Assembly (NCBI GenBank): GCA_904063045.1
Contig: CAJFCJ010000008.1
Span: 1,178,001 to 1,242,000, forward strand
DNA length: 64,000 bases
Direction: 5' to 3'
Source of the DNA: Dimorphilus gyrociliatus
Lineage: Eukaryota > Animalia > Annelida
Shown: piece by piece, positions 40,921-53,742 of the stretch
How positions within the stretch are numbered: position 1 is the first letter of the stretch
Layout: each line of letters opens with the position of its first letter
Made by a program: the position numbers and the translations under genes
The notes under the pieces: generated by a model
Told to the model about the DNA's origin: nothing
What the model saw: the letters and a program-made list of their open reading frames with translations, nothing else
Databases searched by the model: none

Positions 40921-43900
40921 AATACGGAAAGGCCATTGGCAGTCACCTAAAGGTTCTAGTTGTTGCTGAATTAATAAAATATAATAAAATGAAGAGTATT
41001 CTTTACGAAATTGATTTTCAGAAGTTTTCTATCCCAGAAAAGATTGCTAACCAATATAACATTTATTGTAAAAGATATAGAGTAACACTAGTTTAATGCT
41101 AATAAAAGAACGAGAGAATCTATTTGAAATTAAATGGTTTATTTTTAAAAAAAAAAAAAATATAAATAAATCACTCTTTAGCCTATGATATTTTAATTGG
41201 AATTTCAGATTTCATGCGTTTAAATCGTGGCCTTGACGCTTATTGCTTATGTACACATTACTCCAGGCAATGATCATGCTGAGAATTCTTTTTAAGTGGC
41301 GCCATCTTGATTAGTCTGTCAGAATGGCAGTGTCATTAAAGGACTTTCTATAACAAAAACAAAAAAAGTAAGCTTTATAATCAATGGAAACAAATTAAGA
41401 TCTTTATAGAAAGAACAGGAAATACCAATGACTGTATTTTACGTAGTGTATTAAAAAAAGTACCTTGATATCCAGAAATTTTTATAGAAAGCAAAAAGAA
41501 AGTGAAGCTGTAGGAGAAAGAAAGAAAAGCTACAAAGTTAGAATTTTATCTCTAAGCCTCGTAGCCTTTTGTATTATGAATATTATCTATTTATCGACAT
41601 ATTCCGAACTAATATAGTTTTTAAACGTACAATGCACTAGTAAATATACTATAAAACATAATGAGTAATCATTTATTAATCAGTTTATAAGCAGGCATAT
41701 ATCTTATTTGACTTTCATATTTCCATCATCTGTTTATAATTTTAATACTTGTAGTGATTACTAAAAAAATTAGTAGTCCTGTTCTACTTGGTGCAGATGT
41801 TGCAGTTGATATATGTGCTGTATATAGCATATACAGTATATATATATATATGCTAACAAAATTGCATGTATAAGAATTGTAGTACGCGACTACGTCATAT
41901 CTTATCCAAAATTTAGGGCATAGACGTATAGTATGAGTAAATTTTAAGCATATATGATTTACTTTAAAATTTATTCCTGGAAAAGGATATAACCCGCTGT
42001 GAAGAGTAATATCTTATATTAAAAGATTTAAGAGAATGGTATATAAAAACGATTAGCTACTTTAAAAGAAAAAGTTTAGAAACTTAATCGCTTTTCTCAA
42101 AATCAATTTATCACATTATTAAGAAATATTGATCCGAAAACATTATATTTAATAGTACAAGATGTGCTTGTTCCCATACCCTTCCCCCCATCTTATTAGC
42201 AAAGAGAGGAAGAAAAAAACATATTTTCATACAAGGTCAACATATTACATACAAAAAAGTATACGTTTTTGATGTCATTGGTTAGATTTACTTTTAAAAA
42301 AATTTCACATTGCATTATGGATTGGAAAATTACTCAGTTAATTTTGTAGATATTGAAATTTACTTTGTTCAATCAGAAAGCTATTAACCTAGAAAAAAAG
42401 GAGATTGAAAAAAAGGAAAACAACACTAGATTAAGGTCTTTGACCGGCGAAGTGACTTTTTCTTTTTTGTTCTTTTGTACGTGAAATAAATACAATTGTA
42501 AGAAGAATTTTGTTCTTAATTAGCGCCGAGAAATGTCTTCTTTTAAATTTACATAAAAGCACTAATGAATAATCAGAGTTTTAAATCTCTTTCTCTATTT
42601 TTTGCTAATTTACGCGGTACACAAGATGAACTGAGAGAATTCACTTAAAAGTAAAGTAAACTACTCAAGAAGTCAGTTACATAATCAAATAATTGTACAT
42701 TGAGAATTACTTTCGTCAATCTATTCTATTCTGCATTATTTGAATTAATTCATCGAATATGTTGAATGGATATTAATTCTTCATATGATGTATGGGACAC
42801 GGAAAACTCATTAATTACTGAGATTTTATAAATAGGTGATTACCCTTCATTTTCATTAATAATACAGAACAAGAAATAGGAATTTTAATTCAAAAAAAAG
42901 GTGTTAGAGTTGTTTGTTAACGTGACAAACTGATAATAGTACTCATGAGATTAATTAGAGCTAGCATTGAAAACATTATATTGTTAAGCCTTATTTTCCC
43001 ATCTCTCTCAGTCAGTCAGTTACTTTCTCTCTCTCTCTCTCTCTTTCTCTGTTTCTCTCACTCTTCTCTTTCTCTCTCGATTCGTTCTGTATCTATTTTA
43101 CCTGGAAATATGCTTATTTAATAATAAATTATTTATTATATTTACATTTCAAGCAAAAGCGACTTATTCCTCCTACTTTACGTATTATTTACGAAAAAAA
43201 CTTTCAATTATCCTCTTTGAAGAAGGGGCTTACAACTATCGTCTAAAAGAAAACAAAGATAATCTATTTCTTTACCAAAGAACAAAAATATTCAGGAAAT
43301 TCTTGAAATATCTTCTTTAGTATATTCCAGATTTTTTCTACATATATCAAAGGCACGAGCAAAATTTGGTTAGAATGAGCAGGAAATTACCTGATGATCG
43401 ACTTTCAAGCATACTCTTACAAGTATTTCGACATTATTACATATGAAAAAGAGTCAACCAATTTCCTGAATGAAATTATTTGCCCATCAAATCTTTCGTG
43501 GTTTGGCCTATATACACTAGGAGAATTTCTGCTATCAGCATATTAGCTTGAAGAGCCTCTGCTCTTTTCTAGAGTTCCTTTTTATACCTGCTGCATTACG
43601 ATAAAGTAAAAAACACCTGGTTGAATTTTTTTATTTTTTATATATCCGAAACATGAAGAATAATTCATGAACTTCTATCAGAATATATGTTTTCTTACAG
43701 ATTTTTAAATTATACTTCTTTTTTTATTGTGCACAATTTAATACAACGTCCAGTATTCGATTATTCATGCTATTTGTATTATTCATGTAATGCCTGAGGG
43801 GTAAATCCATTTTTTCCCCTTTTGTAATTAACTAAATAACAAGTTGTTATAAAAAAATATACGCTTTATCTATGTGAATTTTTTTTCTTATGTCAATAAA

Positions 43901-45134
43901 TAGTAAATGGGAGAAGCAAAGAAACAAAAAGGGCTAGTAGCAAGCTAATATTCAAATCATCAATAAGGAAAAAGTATTTTTGTTAATGACTCTTAGTATA
44001 ATATAATAAGAGTGACTTTCCCCCCCAATCTTTGGGAACTTGAAAAGGAATAATCTATATCTAACAATGGAAAGTCACGTAATTCTACTTGTCTTCTAGC
44101 CCTCGACGATTTCTCTTATTTTATTATTTTCTCATGTTTTATACGCTCCAATTAAATAAGGGGACCTCTTGAAGAAGTAATTGCTTTAAAATAGTACATT
44201 TTTCTTAAAAGTAACTGGACTTAAGTTTTTATCTTTAATGTATGGAAATAGTTGTTAGATATTTACTCAATTTGCCGCTCTAAATGTTCACAGAATGGTA
44301 AAATATGTTTTCAAGCTTTTTTTTTCTAACTATACAGAAAAACAAATATCATAAACAAAATACTGGAAGCTTCTGCTTTGGAACGAACTAAATTCAGTAT
44401 TGCAACGTAATGAATAGCTGTTTATGAAGAAAGGAGAAGTTTTAGAAAAAAACATTCTCCTCTAAACAATAAGTCTTTATCTTCATAGAAAATCCAATAG
44501 ATGGAGCTATTTATAGGTGGACAGTTTTGTTCTAGATTATCTATATAGAAAATTGTGTGAATAAAGATAATTTCTTTTCAATTGATGAACTAAAAAAAAC
44601 ACATGTGAACTGGAAAGTGTCCAGCGGTTTGGAATTCTTTATGAAAGCAATCAAGGTTTTTCTGTAAATAGCAGAAAAGAGAAATAAAAGATTTCAAAGT
44701 CTTTTAATCTCCTAAAAGTCTTAATATTTCAGTAATTTATCACGATCTTTCGCGTTTATAGGTAAAATTATAAAGCAGATTTCATATTGAAAACAACTTA
44801 CGTGAAAGCAACTTAACAGTCTTAATGATAAACTGGACTAACAATTCAATTTACCAATTATTTAATTAACTATCAATAGCTATTATCTTTGGTAAATCTG
44901 CAGGCGTTTCATATGCAAATTATCAATACTTTGCCTTTTGTTGATGAAATAAGCAATAAAAAATTTTCTTCTGACAAGCAGCAGCCAAGATTGTAAAAGT
45001 CATATCTTTCTAAGTATCAATAAATAATATTACATCTTTTTAAACATTAAAATAATATTGTATTACTGAATAACAAGGAAATACATTTTGTCTTGTATGC
45101 TCTATACTGAGAGAGTATGTCATTCCTAGCTTAC

Positions 45135-45262
45135 TTTCTCTTTTAATGATACAACAACGTTCTCATGTATATCATGTTCTTTTTCAATGAAATATCTATA
45201 CCATTCTACGCAAGGTGGAGATATAATATATACATTTGGGTAATTAGACATATCCTCCATAT
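45135..45262 (-). other. Orphan candidate exon (DMEDMSNYPNVYIISPPCVEWYRYFIEKEHDIHENVVVSLKEK)
   Basis: T-rich tract followed by an AAAG acceptor, 42 open codons with protein-like composition, and a GTAAGC donor. No family recognised. Confidence 0.3.
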
Positions 45263-48235
45263 CTTTTATAATAAATATTAAAAAAAACACAAGCATGAGA
45301 CGAATATAATTAGTGTTAATATGTTTAATATGGCGTTTCCTGTATAGTAACACTCCCAGTTTTTTATTTGCGGCTAAATGAAATATACAATTTTAAATAT
45401 ACTGTATAACAATACTACTTAAAGATTTATTATTTTTTTTATATATTATTAAACTCATACTAATTTACTAAATATAGTAAAACACCCAATTCATAGTTTA
45501 TTGACAATTTTTCTAAATCTTTTGCATAGTAAAGATTGCTCCTCTTATTTGTTATTTCACATTCTTTCAATTAATCATTCATCTAAACATAAAATATTCC
45601 AATGAAAACGGAAGAGGAGGAAGAAGACAATTAAAATTATTTAAGCTAAGTTCCACTTTTAAACATGATGTGAAAATGGCAAAAAATAACGCTACTTAAT
45701 TAGTATTTTTGTTTTTAATTAAATTTCCAAATCATTATAGTTATTAGAAGGAAATGGAAAAGTTCCTATGCAGTTGTAATTCAATAGACGAATTTAAGGA
45801 CGTTGCTGGGTAGCATTGCGTTTGATATACCTTTTTGTACAATTTAATTATGGTCCTAAAAATCAGGATAACGTATGATAAAAGAAAAGTATACTTAGGT
45901 AAAGAGTCGGTCTACTCATTTAGCATCAGGTATAAAGTTGTTATTATTGTACTGAGTTGGCAAAAAATTCATTTTCCTTCAGCCCTAATTTAGTCAAGTG
46001 ACTTTGAAACGGGTTTAGACCATTTAGGTTTTTTACCAATGAAAAATTTTGCCTCCTTAACTTAGTAAATCTCGTTTGTGAATGTATTAAAATTGTAAAA
46101 GAAATTTATACACGAATAATTGTGAAAGCTATAGATCAATTTTATGCTAGATAAGTCTCTCTTAAAAGTGTAAGGTTTGCTCACGTTCGTTACTGAAAGA
46201 ATGCTTATGAAACACTTTTATTCCTTTATTAAATTATTGAATCAAAGATAAAAAGAAAAGGAAAGTTTACAATAAACAAGGACAAAAAAATAAACGAACG
46301 TTTATAAAAGATAAAATTATGGACATTTGGGAAAAAGAGATACAAAAAAAGGCTATAGGAATAATATTAAATTTATTTATATTTCCATTTGTTCTGTAAT
46401 GAAAGTAATAAAGAATCCTGTACAGTTAAATAGTAAAAATTGATCATATTTTTTATTTTCAGCTCTAGTATACGCAGGGTAAAAATGTTTCTATAATCCT
46501 AGTTTTTTTGTCGATTATTTCAGTAGCCTTTACTTGCTTACAAATACCCTTCAGCTATAACAATGTTATCAAAAAATGATACTAATCTCCCAACATCAGC
46601 TTGCAACCGCAGCACCTTAGCGTATTTCTAAAATCCTTTGGCGGATTTTATTTCTGAGTACAGGTTTAAATAAAAGCAAATGTAGTAAATCTGATAAAAA
46701 AATTAATATAAATTTCACATACTAAGTTTAAATAGTATATATACAGTATATATATAGTTTCAATGATTATATTTCTATATGTACAGATAGTTTTGGTTAA
46801 CATCAGTTATAAAAGAAATATTGCGTAGTTCGAAATTGACTTATTCCTTTAAAATATTGCACTCATTTCCTTAGCCTTTAACCAACATGCAAAAGAATAT
46901 GGAAGCTTTGGAATGATGCAAAAAAATCGATTGAAGTCTATGCAAACGGGATGAGAACTCTAATGCTCATTTAAAAAGATTCATAACATTACTCTTTAGA
47001 ATTCAACGCACTAAAAAGACTGTTCGAGCATTTTGCGTATGTAATGTACTAATCTCGCATTTCCCTTATAATCATCGCACATGTCGAAAGAATAGCATTT
47101 CTTTTTTCATTAATGATTACCTTTTCTATCCGTAATAGTTATTTACATTTTTGCTCTTCATAGCTTATGATTTACAGTAATTACAGTTGAATGTACATAA
47201 AATATTTTAAAAATGGTATTATAAAAATCTGAATTCTCTTAGTTTACCTTATAAAGTTTTTTAAGATTTCTCAAAGACAAATAAAAAGATAAATTTACTG
47301 AAAAAGAAGAGAAGACTTTTTATTGTCTGATAGTTGTTTTTCACTTTAAAAAAGAGTACTGAAAATTGTCATTAGAAAAAAATTTATTTTTAGAATTCTT
47401 TCCCCCTCTCGGTCTCTCTCTCTCTCTCTCTCTCCCACTCCCACTCCCACTCATTCACTCCTTTCTCTTTCCCCTCTCTCTCCCTCTCTAACCCTCTCAA
47501 TCCCCTCTCTTTCTCTCTACACCTCTATCTCATTTTTTAACTATTATTCTATTCTTTCGCCAGTTTAGGTATATTTGTATTTGATGTTTCTTTAGAAAAT
47601 GCTGCAAAAAAAGTAATGACCGTTGGTTTTTTTTTATTTCTACTAGAGTTGAACAGGAAACTGTTAAGGGTTTGTCTGTACTAAAATCTTTTAGAAGTTT
47701 ACTTTTTGAAGTTTTTATCATACGTAACTTGTCTATATTAAAAGTATAAATATCTATTCATCTAAAGTATGATTATATTGGTTCACCCGCTTTGCAACCC
47801 TCATTAATAGCGTTCCGAAAAACAAATAATACAGCCTCTGATTTTCCAATGCTGGTTTTCAGAAATGAAAACATATATTTATAACATTTGAGAAGAGTAA
47901 AAACAAGAAAGTTAGAAATTTAAGAGCGCCAAAATAAAATTTTATCTGATTATGAAATTTAGTAATTAGTCTAATTTTAGCGAATTATTTTGTTGACCAT
48001 AGGAAGTTGTAACCGACATTAGAAGAGAAGATGAGGTACGAGAGGAAAGAAATAAAGAAAAAAAGTAATTTTTTTGGTTTTGAAATGAAGAAATTGCATT
48101 TCATAAATACAAAAGTGTACATTTCTATAAACTAAGGAAGTACGCCCCTTCTATTGGCTTTTTACTTTTGCAGACTTAGTAGTTTTGATGTAGAAGCCTA
48201 ATACTTTTTTGGCTATTTACAGGCATTCCGTTTGA

Positions 48236-48241
48236 TTTATT
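48236..48241 (-). terminator. Polyadenylation signal AATAAA of the peptide-precursor gene
   Basis: tttatt on the + strand, about 70 nt downstream of the TAA at 48313-48311. AATAAA is common in AT-rich DNA, so this is only supporting evidence. Confidence 0.45.
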
Positions 48242-48310
48242 GAGTTAAACGACTTGTACAGAGAGAACTACATTTATATTTCATTTTTCATCAGCTTTTC
48301 ATCATCCTGT

Positions 48311-49346
48311 TTAACCAATTCTGTCCAATAAACGAATAAAGTTGATCATATCCTCGTCTAAATTTTCGTTCGGATTACGTAAGAATGGATTTTGTCGTTT
48401 GCTAGCTGTTGATAACAAACAGATGTTCTATTAATCTCACTAATAATACGATTTGTTGATCGTTTTTATAAGAATAATTTATTAGGAAGAGTGATAACAT
48501 TAAGATAAGCTATGAACCATATTTAGCTCTTCTTTAGATAAAGATAAATGAAATTATTGAGAATTTGTCTCTAAATATAACAAAATGGAACGACTTGTTG
48601 ATTGATTAATAGACAGCATAATTTCAGCAGTCAATTTTTAAATAAATGATAGAAACTAAGAAAATTATATCTGAGTATTGCTTGTATGTATCACAGTAAT
48701 TAAATCGTAGATAGAATATCATCATTACTCAAAACACCTTGTTAATTTAATTTGTCAAGTTACACTAAATTTTAAAAGATAGTTTGCTTCCATTATCAAA
48801 GATTTTGTTTTTCATTTGTATAATTAAACAATTTCTAAAGAGATCACTTAAAAATATCATTCATCAGTACAAACCTCTGAGGCCAAGATTTTTCCAAGCT
48901 TTAAATAAACCTTTATGGCCTTCAACAGGAGCGGATTCCGCAATATAAACTGTAAAAAAGTAAAAGTAAGTATATAAGAAGAAGGAAAGAACCTCTAATG
49001 ATTGAAGCATGCTTATTGTATATTATTCGTAAAAAAAACTCAACTCTTGCAGCTTATAATAAAACTAATAAAGGGATATAGGAAACTAAAAGAAGTGGAA
49101 AAGTAGATTTTAGCCTAAGCAAATAAAAATAATGTAATTTTGTAGCAAAGAAAAACTTGAAATAGAAATATAAATACAAATAAATATTTAAAAAACATCT
49201 AAAATATTTGTAAAAATAAAAAGTATAAGAAATTAGATAGTTTTCAATATTCGTTTGTCATAATTTCTTTAATTACTCTATTCTCTTAGCTTACCGATGC
49301 AAAAAACGATTAAGAAAATAAGAATGACGCAAGTTAATTTGGTCAT
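48311..49346 (-). CDS. Small secreted peptide precursor (neuropeptide/hormone or antimicrobial), 73 aa
   Basis: Exons 49346-49295 (G|GTAAGC), 48949-48875 (strong ttttacag acceptor, G|GTTTGT donor) and 48405-48311 give MTKLTCVILIFLIVFCIVYIAES-APVEGHKGLFKAWKNLGLRAS-KR-QNPFLRNPNENLDEDMINFIRLLDRIG*. AATAAA lies about 70 nt after the stop. Confidence 0.75.
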
Positions 49347-50405
49347 TTTATTATTTTGTCCTCAAAGTTCGATTTTTAGTATAAATGTGAAAAATTTCAC
49401 CGACTCCAAGTTTATCTAGGTGGCGCTTTAGTGAGCAAAAAGATGCTATTAATCGTTTGATATACATTTCGTTAACATTAATATAAATGTCATACGTAGA
49501 TATTTTTGACACATGATAGTAAGATAAAGAGAAAGAATGAAAACTTGCTGTAGTTTGGTATGCTTTGATTAAACAATACAAAATATAATACTTTAAAAAG
49601 AAAAACTTGGAAAATGACCAGAAAATTCTCTTGCCAAATATAATGATAAAAGAAAAATAAGACAGTCATTAAGGAACAGTTTGTGAGAGAAGCAAACAAG
49701 CTTGCAAAATTTTCTCTTGACAAATTAAAGCCGTTAATAAGGCAAATCGCTCGTGGTTCAAGGCTAATTTAGTCTTATTAAGTGAAATAGGTTAAAGGCA
49801 TTTTATTAAGATTCCAGGTATATCCAAATTAGTTTGAATGTTAAAAGATTTAAATTTCGATATTAAAAAGAAAAGAGATATTCTATTAGTTTTCACATTG
49901 CATTATTAACTTCCTACATAAAACAGAAGAAAGAGTCAAAACACCTATGTAATTAAAAAAAATCTAGTCTTGTAAAGATAGCTGAACTATCTTATGACAG
50001 AAGAGTTACTGGGAAGAACGAATAGAGAAAAGTATAGAGTATGAGTTGAAATTGTTTCATTTTCAAGAAATTCTCAATATTTTACCTATACGATTGCAAA
50101 TACTGTATGTTTATTCTTTATAATGCAAAATTATGTATATAAATATATATTAGTATATAGTTCATATATATGGTATATGTAATTTAGTAAACAAAAAGAC
50201 TATGTATAATAGTTTTCATAATATTGAATGAAAACATCAAGTAAAGGTTTACAAGTAAAACTCCTTGGCTTAAATAAACTTAAAAAATAATAAAATTTCA
50301 TTTTTCTATTTGTTGTAATCGAAATATTATCTATAATAATATACTCGTGACCTACTACAGTATTCTAACTTCACTGTATATTCACTGGCAGAAAAGGGGC
50401 TATTT

Positions 50406-51909
50406 TCATAAAAGAGAGTTTATAGAGTCTCTTAAAATTTCGAAATCTTTTAAAGTATTATAAATCTGTACGGAGAGCCGGAACCAAAATTCCCCATAAA
50501 GATAGACAGCAAAAACTTCAATGTTGAATTTTTCTCGGAATTTTTTCTCAAATTCGACTGAATTTTCTGCGCTAAATCGACTCAGTTTTGGGACTTTTAT
50601 TAATGTCATACTTGGTGCTCTCATATCATCTGGAACATTAAAAATATCAGTTTTCCAAGCCTTTACCAACAATTGCCAACCATTTCTCAACAATGTTTTA
50701 TTATATTCGTCTATCTTTTTCTGAAAGGGATAAAATACAATTATTAACAATAAAGCTTGTTCGACAGGTGGCGTTATTATATCATGTAAAACATGCGCCA
50801 TCTATTTTAGGAATATACAGTAATATGCATGAAATTTTGCATTGGATGGCTATAGTAATACAAACAAGAGAACTATTTATAATTTATTGATTGGATTTTC
50901 GGGTTGATTGTTAGAAGATTCTAATTCGCTCCGACAGAATATTAAATAGATTTTTTCATAATGGAAAACTCATTTACATATACAAAAAAATGAAAAGAAT
51001 ACACATACGTTTCCTCCGCATTTATCAATAAATTTTCGTGAAGAATCCCAGCAGTACATTGGTGAATAGTCCCTCGTACCATAAAAAATAAATTGTATTT
51101 GAAAAGGCCTACTACCAAACCTTTGGGATGTATGAATATTTGAGAAGCAGTTATGATACTTCTTATCTACGTATAAAAGTCCACAGCCTCTGGGAACAAA
51201 ATTCCATTTATACAAGCTCCCAGTGTAAAAATCAGCGTTTAAATCATCTAAATTCAATTGAACTTGTCCTGGACCATGGGCACCATCGACTACTACTATT
51301 CTATTTTTAGATTTGCATAAATTCACCAATTGTTTTATCGGCCACAAGATTGGAACAGAACTTGATATATGATCTTTACATATGAAAACAGTCTTTCAAT
51401 AGTTAAAGGATTATTTCAAAAATCTAAAATATATATTAACCTACGAGAACCAATTTTATTCCAGGATTTTCATTTAAACTTCTTTCGTACAGATTTAAAA
51501 TTTCATCTATAGATTTAATAGGCAATTTAATATCCAAACTGATAACGTTAAGCCCTCTCAAATCCGCAATTCTTTCGGTAGCTCTTCTTGTAGCCGAAAA
51601 TGTAAAAGTTTGTAGCTGAGTATATAAAGATAGATGTGTATCATGCTAATTCAAACAATCTTTTAAAACAAACCAGAATGGTATCTCCAGCCTTCAAAGG
51701 GACCGACATTAGTATACTATTTATCGAATGAGTAGTACTTTCAGTCAAACATAAATTTTCTGCATCAGTCGCCACAAATTGAGCTATGTAATCAACTTGA
51801 TTTTTGTGCATTTTGAATATTCGCTTTCGGAAAAAATTTTCCGGATCTCTTTCTTGATCTCTGATTAACCTTTGAAGGGAGATTTATAAGTACTATATAT
51901 TATAAACTC

Positions 51910-51940
<31 letters not shown>

Positions 51941-52261
51941 CTTTGTATATTATATACATAAATATATTAATATATATACTGTATATATATATATATACTA
52001 ATATATCTATATACAGTATATATACTGCATACTCTATGATGTACATACATACATAAGATTATACTGTGTATATACTGTAAATATCTTTAATATATCTAAT
52101 AGTTTAAGTAGTTTAGAAAAATAAACTTTCACCGAAAAGGATTCTCACTTTAAACGATGTTCTAAAACGTCCCTTGGTAGCGAGGGATAAGCTGCATGGT
52201 TAAGGAAGATTACTTCTTTGTTTAATAAAAATTCACTTTTAATTTTCTCTCCAAAATCCAT
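50406..52261 (-). CDS. PLP-dependent aminotransferase class V C-S lyase (Egt2 / L-cysteine desulfhydrase / isopenicillin-N-epimerase-like), about 387 aa
   Basis: Exons 52261-52149, 51869-51674, 51615-51441, 51373-51009 and 50720-50406 total 1164 nt in frame. Motifs IFLNH, DHISS, VDGAHGPGQ, YTGSLYKW (PLP Lys), GTRDYS and WFRLSVQIYN. Confidence 0.92.
51975..52020. mobile_element. Two TATAC(A/T)GTATA motifs in a (TA)n tract, putative Tc1/mariner excision footprints
   Basis: tatactgtata at 51975-51985 and tatacagtata at 52010-52020. These are 2 of 14 such copies in the window. Confidence 0.5.
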
Positions 52262-53675
52262 CTTGTTCCAATGAAAAAAAAAATCAAGCACTGTTAGTTT
52301 TGGCCTTCTACTGTTTGGATGTTCAGTTATATACACTCTAAAATAGCTAATATAGGACATATCTATGGCATACTCGGAAAGAAGAAAAGTAGCCTTCGAA
52401 CGATCTAGGGTAGAGTATTATTTTTGCGTATAGTATTACAGAAGAAATCAAGAATAAATAAAAAATATAGTATCATTAAATGAAAAATATTTATTAATAG
52501 ATATAAATAGATAATAAAGCAAGGTGGCATATTTCTTAAGACTTTTAATTCTAAGCCTCTAAAGCAATGGAAAAAAAACTTTCCAAGTAAAAAACCTTTG
52601 TTAAAGATTCCAATGTTTTCTTCTTGGGGATAGGAAGTTTTCTATTAAAGGTTTTAATTAGCAAAAGATGGCAGCACGGCATATTTAAGAAATTCGCTAA
52701 TTATAGAGAAATGCACGCGATTCCGTGCACTCTTTTCGTTCTTTATTATCATCAATAGCAAACTCGTACAAAACGTTCGTTAGTAGGTCATAAAAGCATC
52801 TATATAAATGTAAATGCCTCTGGCAACCCTTAACAAGCTACAATTCTTAAAAAGATTTTCCTTTTTGTTTGTATTTACACTGAACAATTACATTGAAATT
52901 ACCTACAAACTGAAATAATTATGAATGGAGAGAGAGGGGAGTATTCGATGGCCACATCTCATTTCGCAGTTGGGTAACGCTTGTCAGTTTTTCCCCCACA
53001 CAAAAATCCTTTTATTTCGTCTCGAACATAAAAAGAATTATATATAATATGTACATGCATTTTTTTAGTGTATGAACTGTATATATTTAATATGGAATGT
53101 ACTGAAAACTGCAGTGTGCAGTTATGTACGACTAGTGAAAAAAATGTTCGATTTAATACTGGAAAGGCTGTAATGATCAAAATACTCTTTCGTTGACGGA
53201 CACATATGTCCTTAAAAGTCTGTTAATCAAGTTTAAACAAAGTAAAATAAATACGAAAAAAATATGACATAAACGTGTGACTAAAATGTTATTTTTTTTT
53301 TTACAAATCATCCTCCAATCTCTCTTTTTTCCCCTTTTGATGGTTTCTGACTATTGTGCACGTACTTCGTGTCAGAACACTTATTTGTTGTCCTTTCTAG
53401 ATTGTTAATTAAAATATTTTTATGGAAAATAATCCTAGTAATTATTACATTGATTCAAGTACATCTTATTTCTAAGCTAACGTGCTAAAGTAGATAGTAA
53501 AAAGCTGGCTAAAGCTTGGGCTAATTTAGGTGAATAAGAGGGGAGATAATGGAAAAAATCTGACGATTTAACGAAGCACCTAGAATTGGTTATTATGCTT
53601 TAGTAATAGCTGATCGATACAAAATAAGAAATTCTCTCCCTACTCTTTCTGTCTCTCTCTTTCTATTTCTCTTTC

Positions 53676-53742
53676 TTTCTCTTTCTCTTTCTCTTTCTCT
53701 TTCTCTTTCTCTTTCTCTTTCTCTTTCTCTTTCTCTTTCTCT
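53676..53742. repeat. (CTCTTT)n hexamer microsatellite
   Basis: About 11 tandem ctcttt units. Confidence 0.9.

Noticed and set aside
41325-41334. TGGCAGTGTC matching the miR-34 5' end
   Set aside because: Only 10 nt match and no precursor hairpin is evident.
45135-45205. WYRYFIEKEH…VVVSLKEK resembling the RapGAP/SIPA1 N-terminal region
   Set aside because: Spacing is shorter than in RapGAPs and no further RapGAP exons were found.
48553-48834. Alternative terminal exons for the peptide gene (…GLR-EIV* at 48834, …GLR-ETNSQ* at 48570)
   Set aside because: In phase but uninformative, and the first needs a 40-nt intron. The 48405 exon has KR, Gln, terminal Gly and a downstream AATAAA. They cannot be fully excluded without reads.
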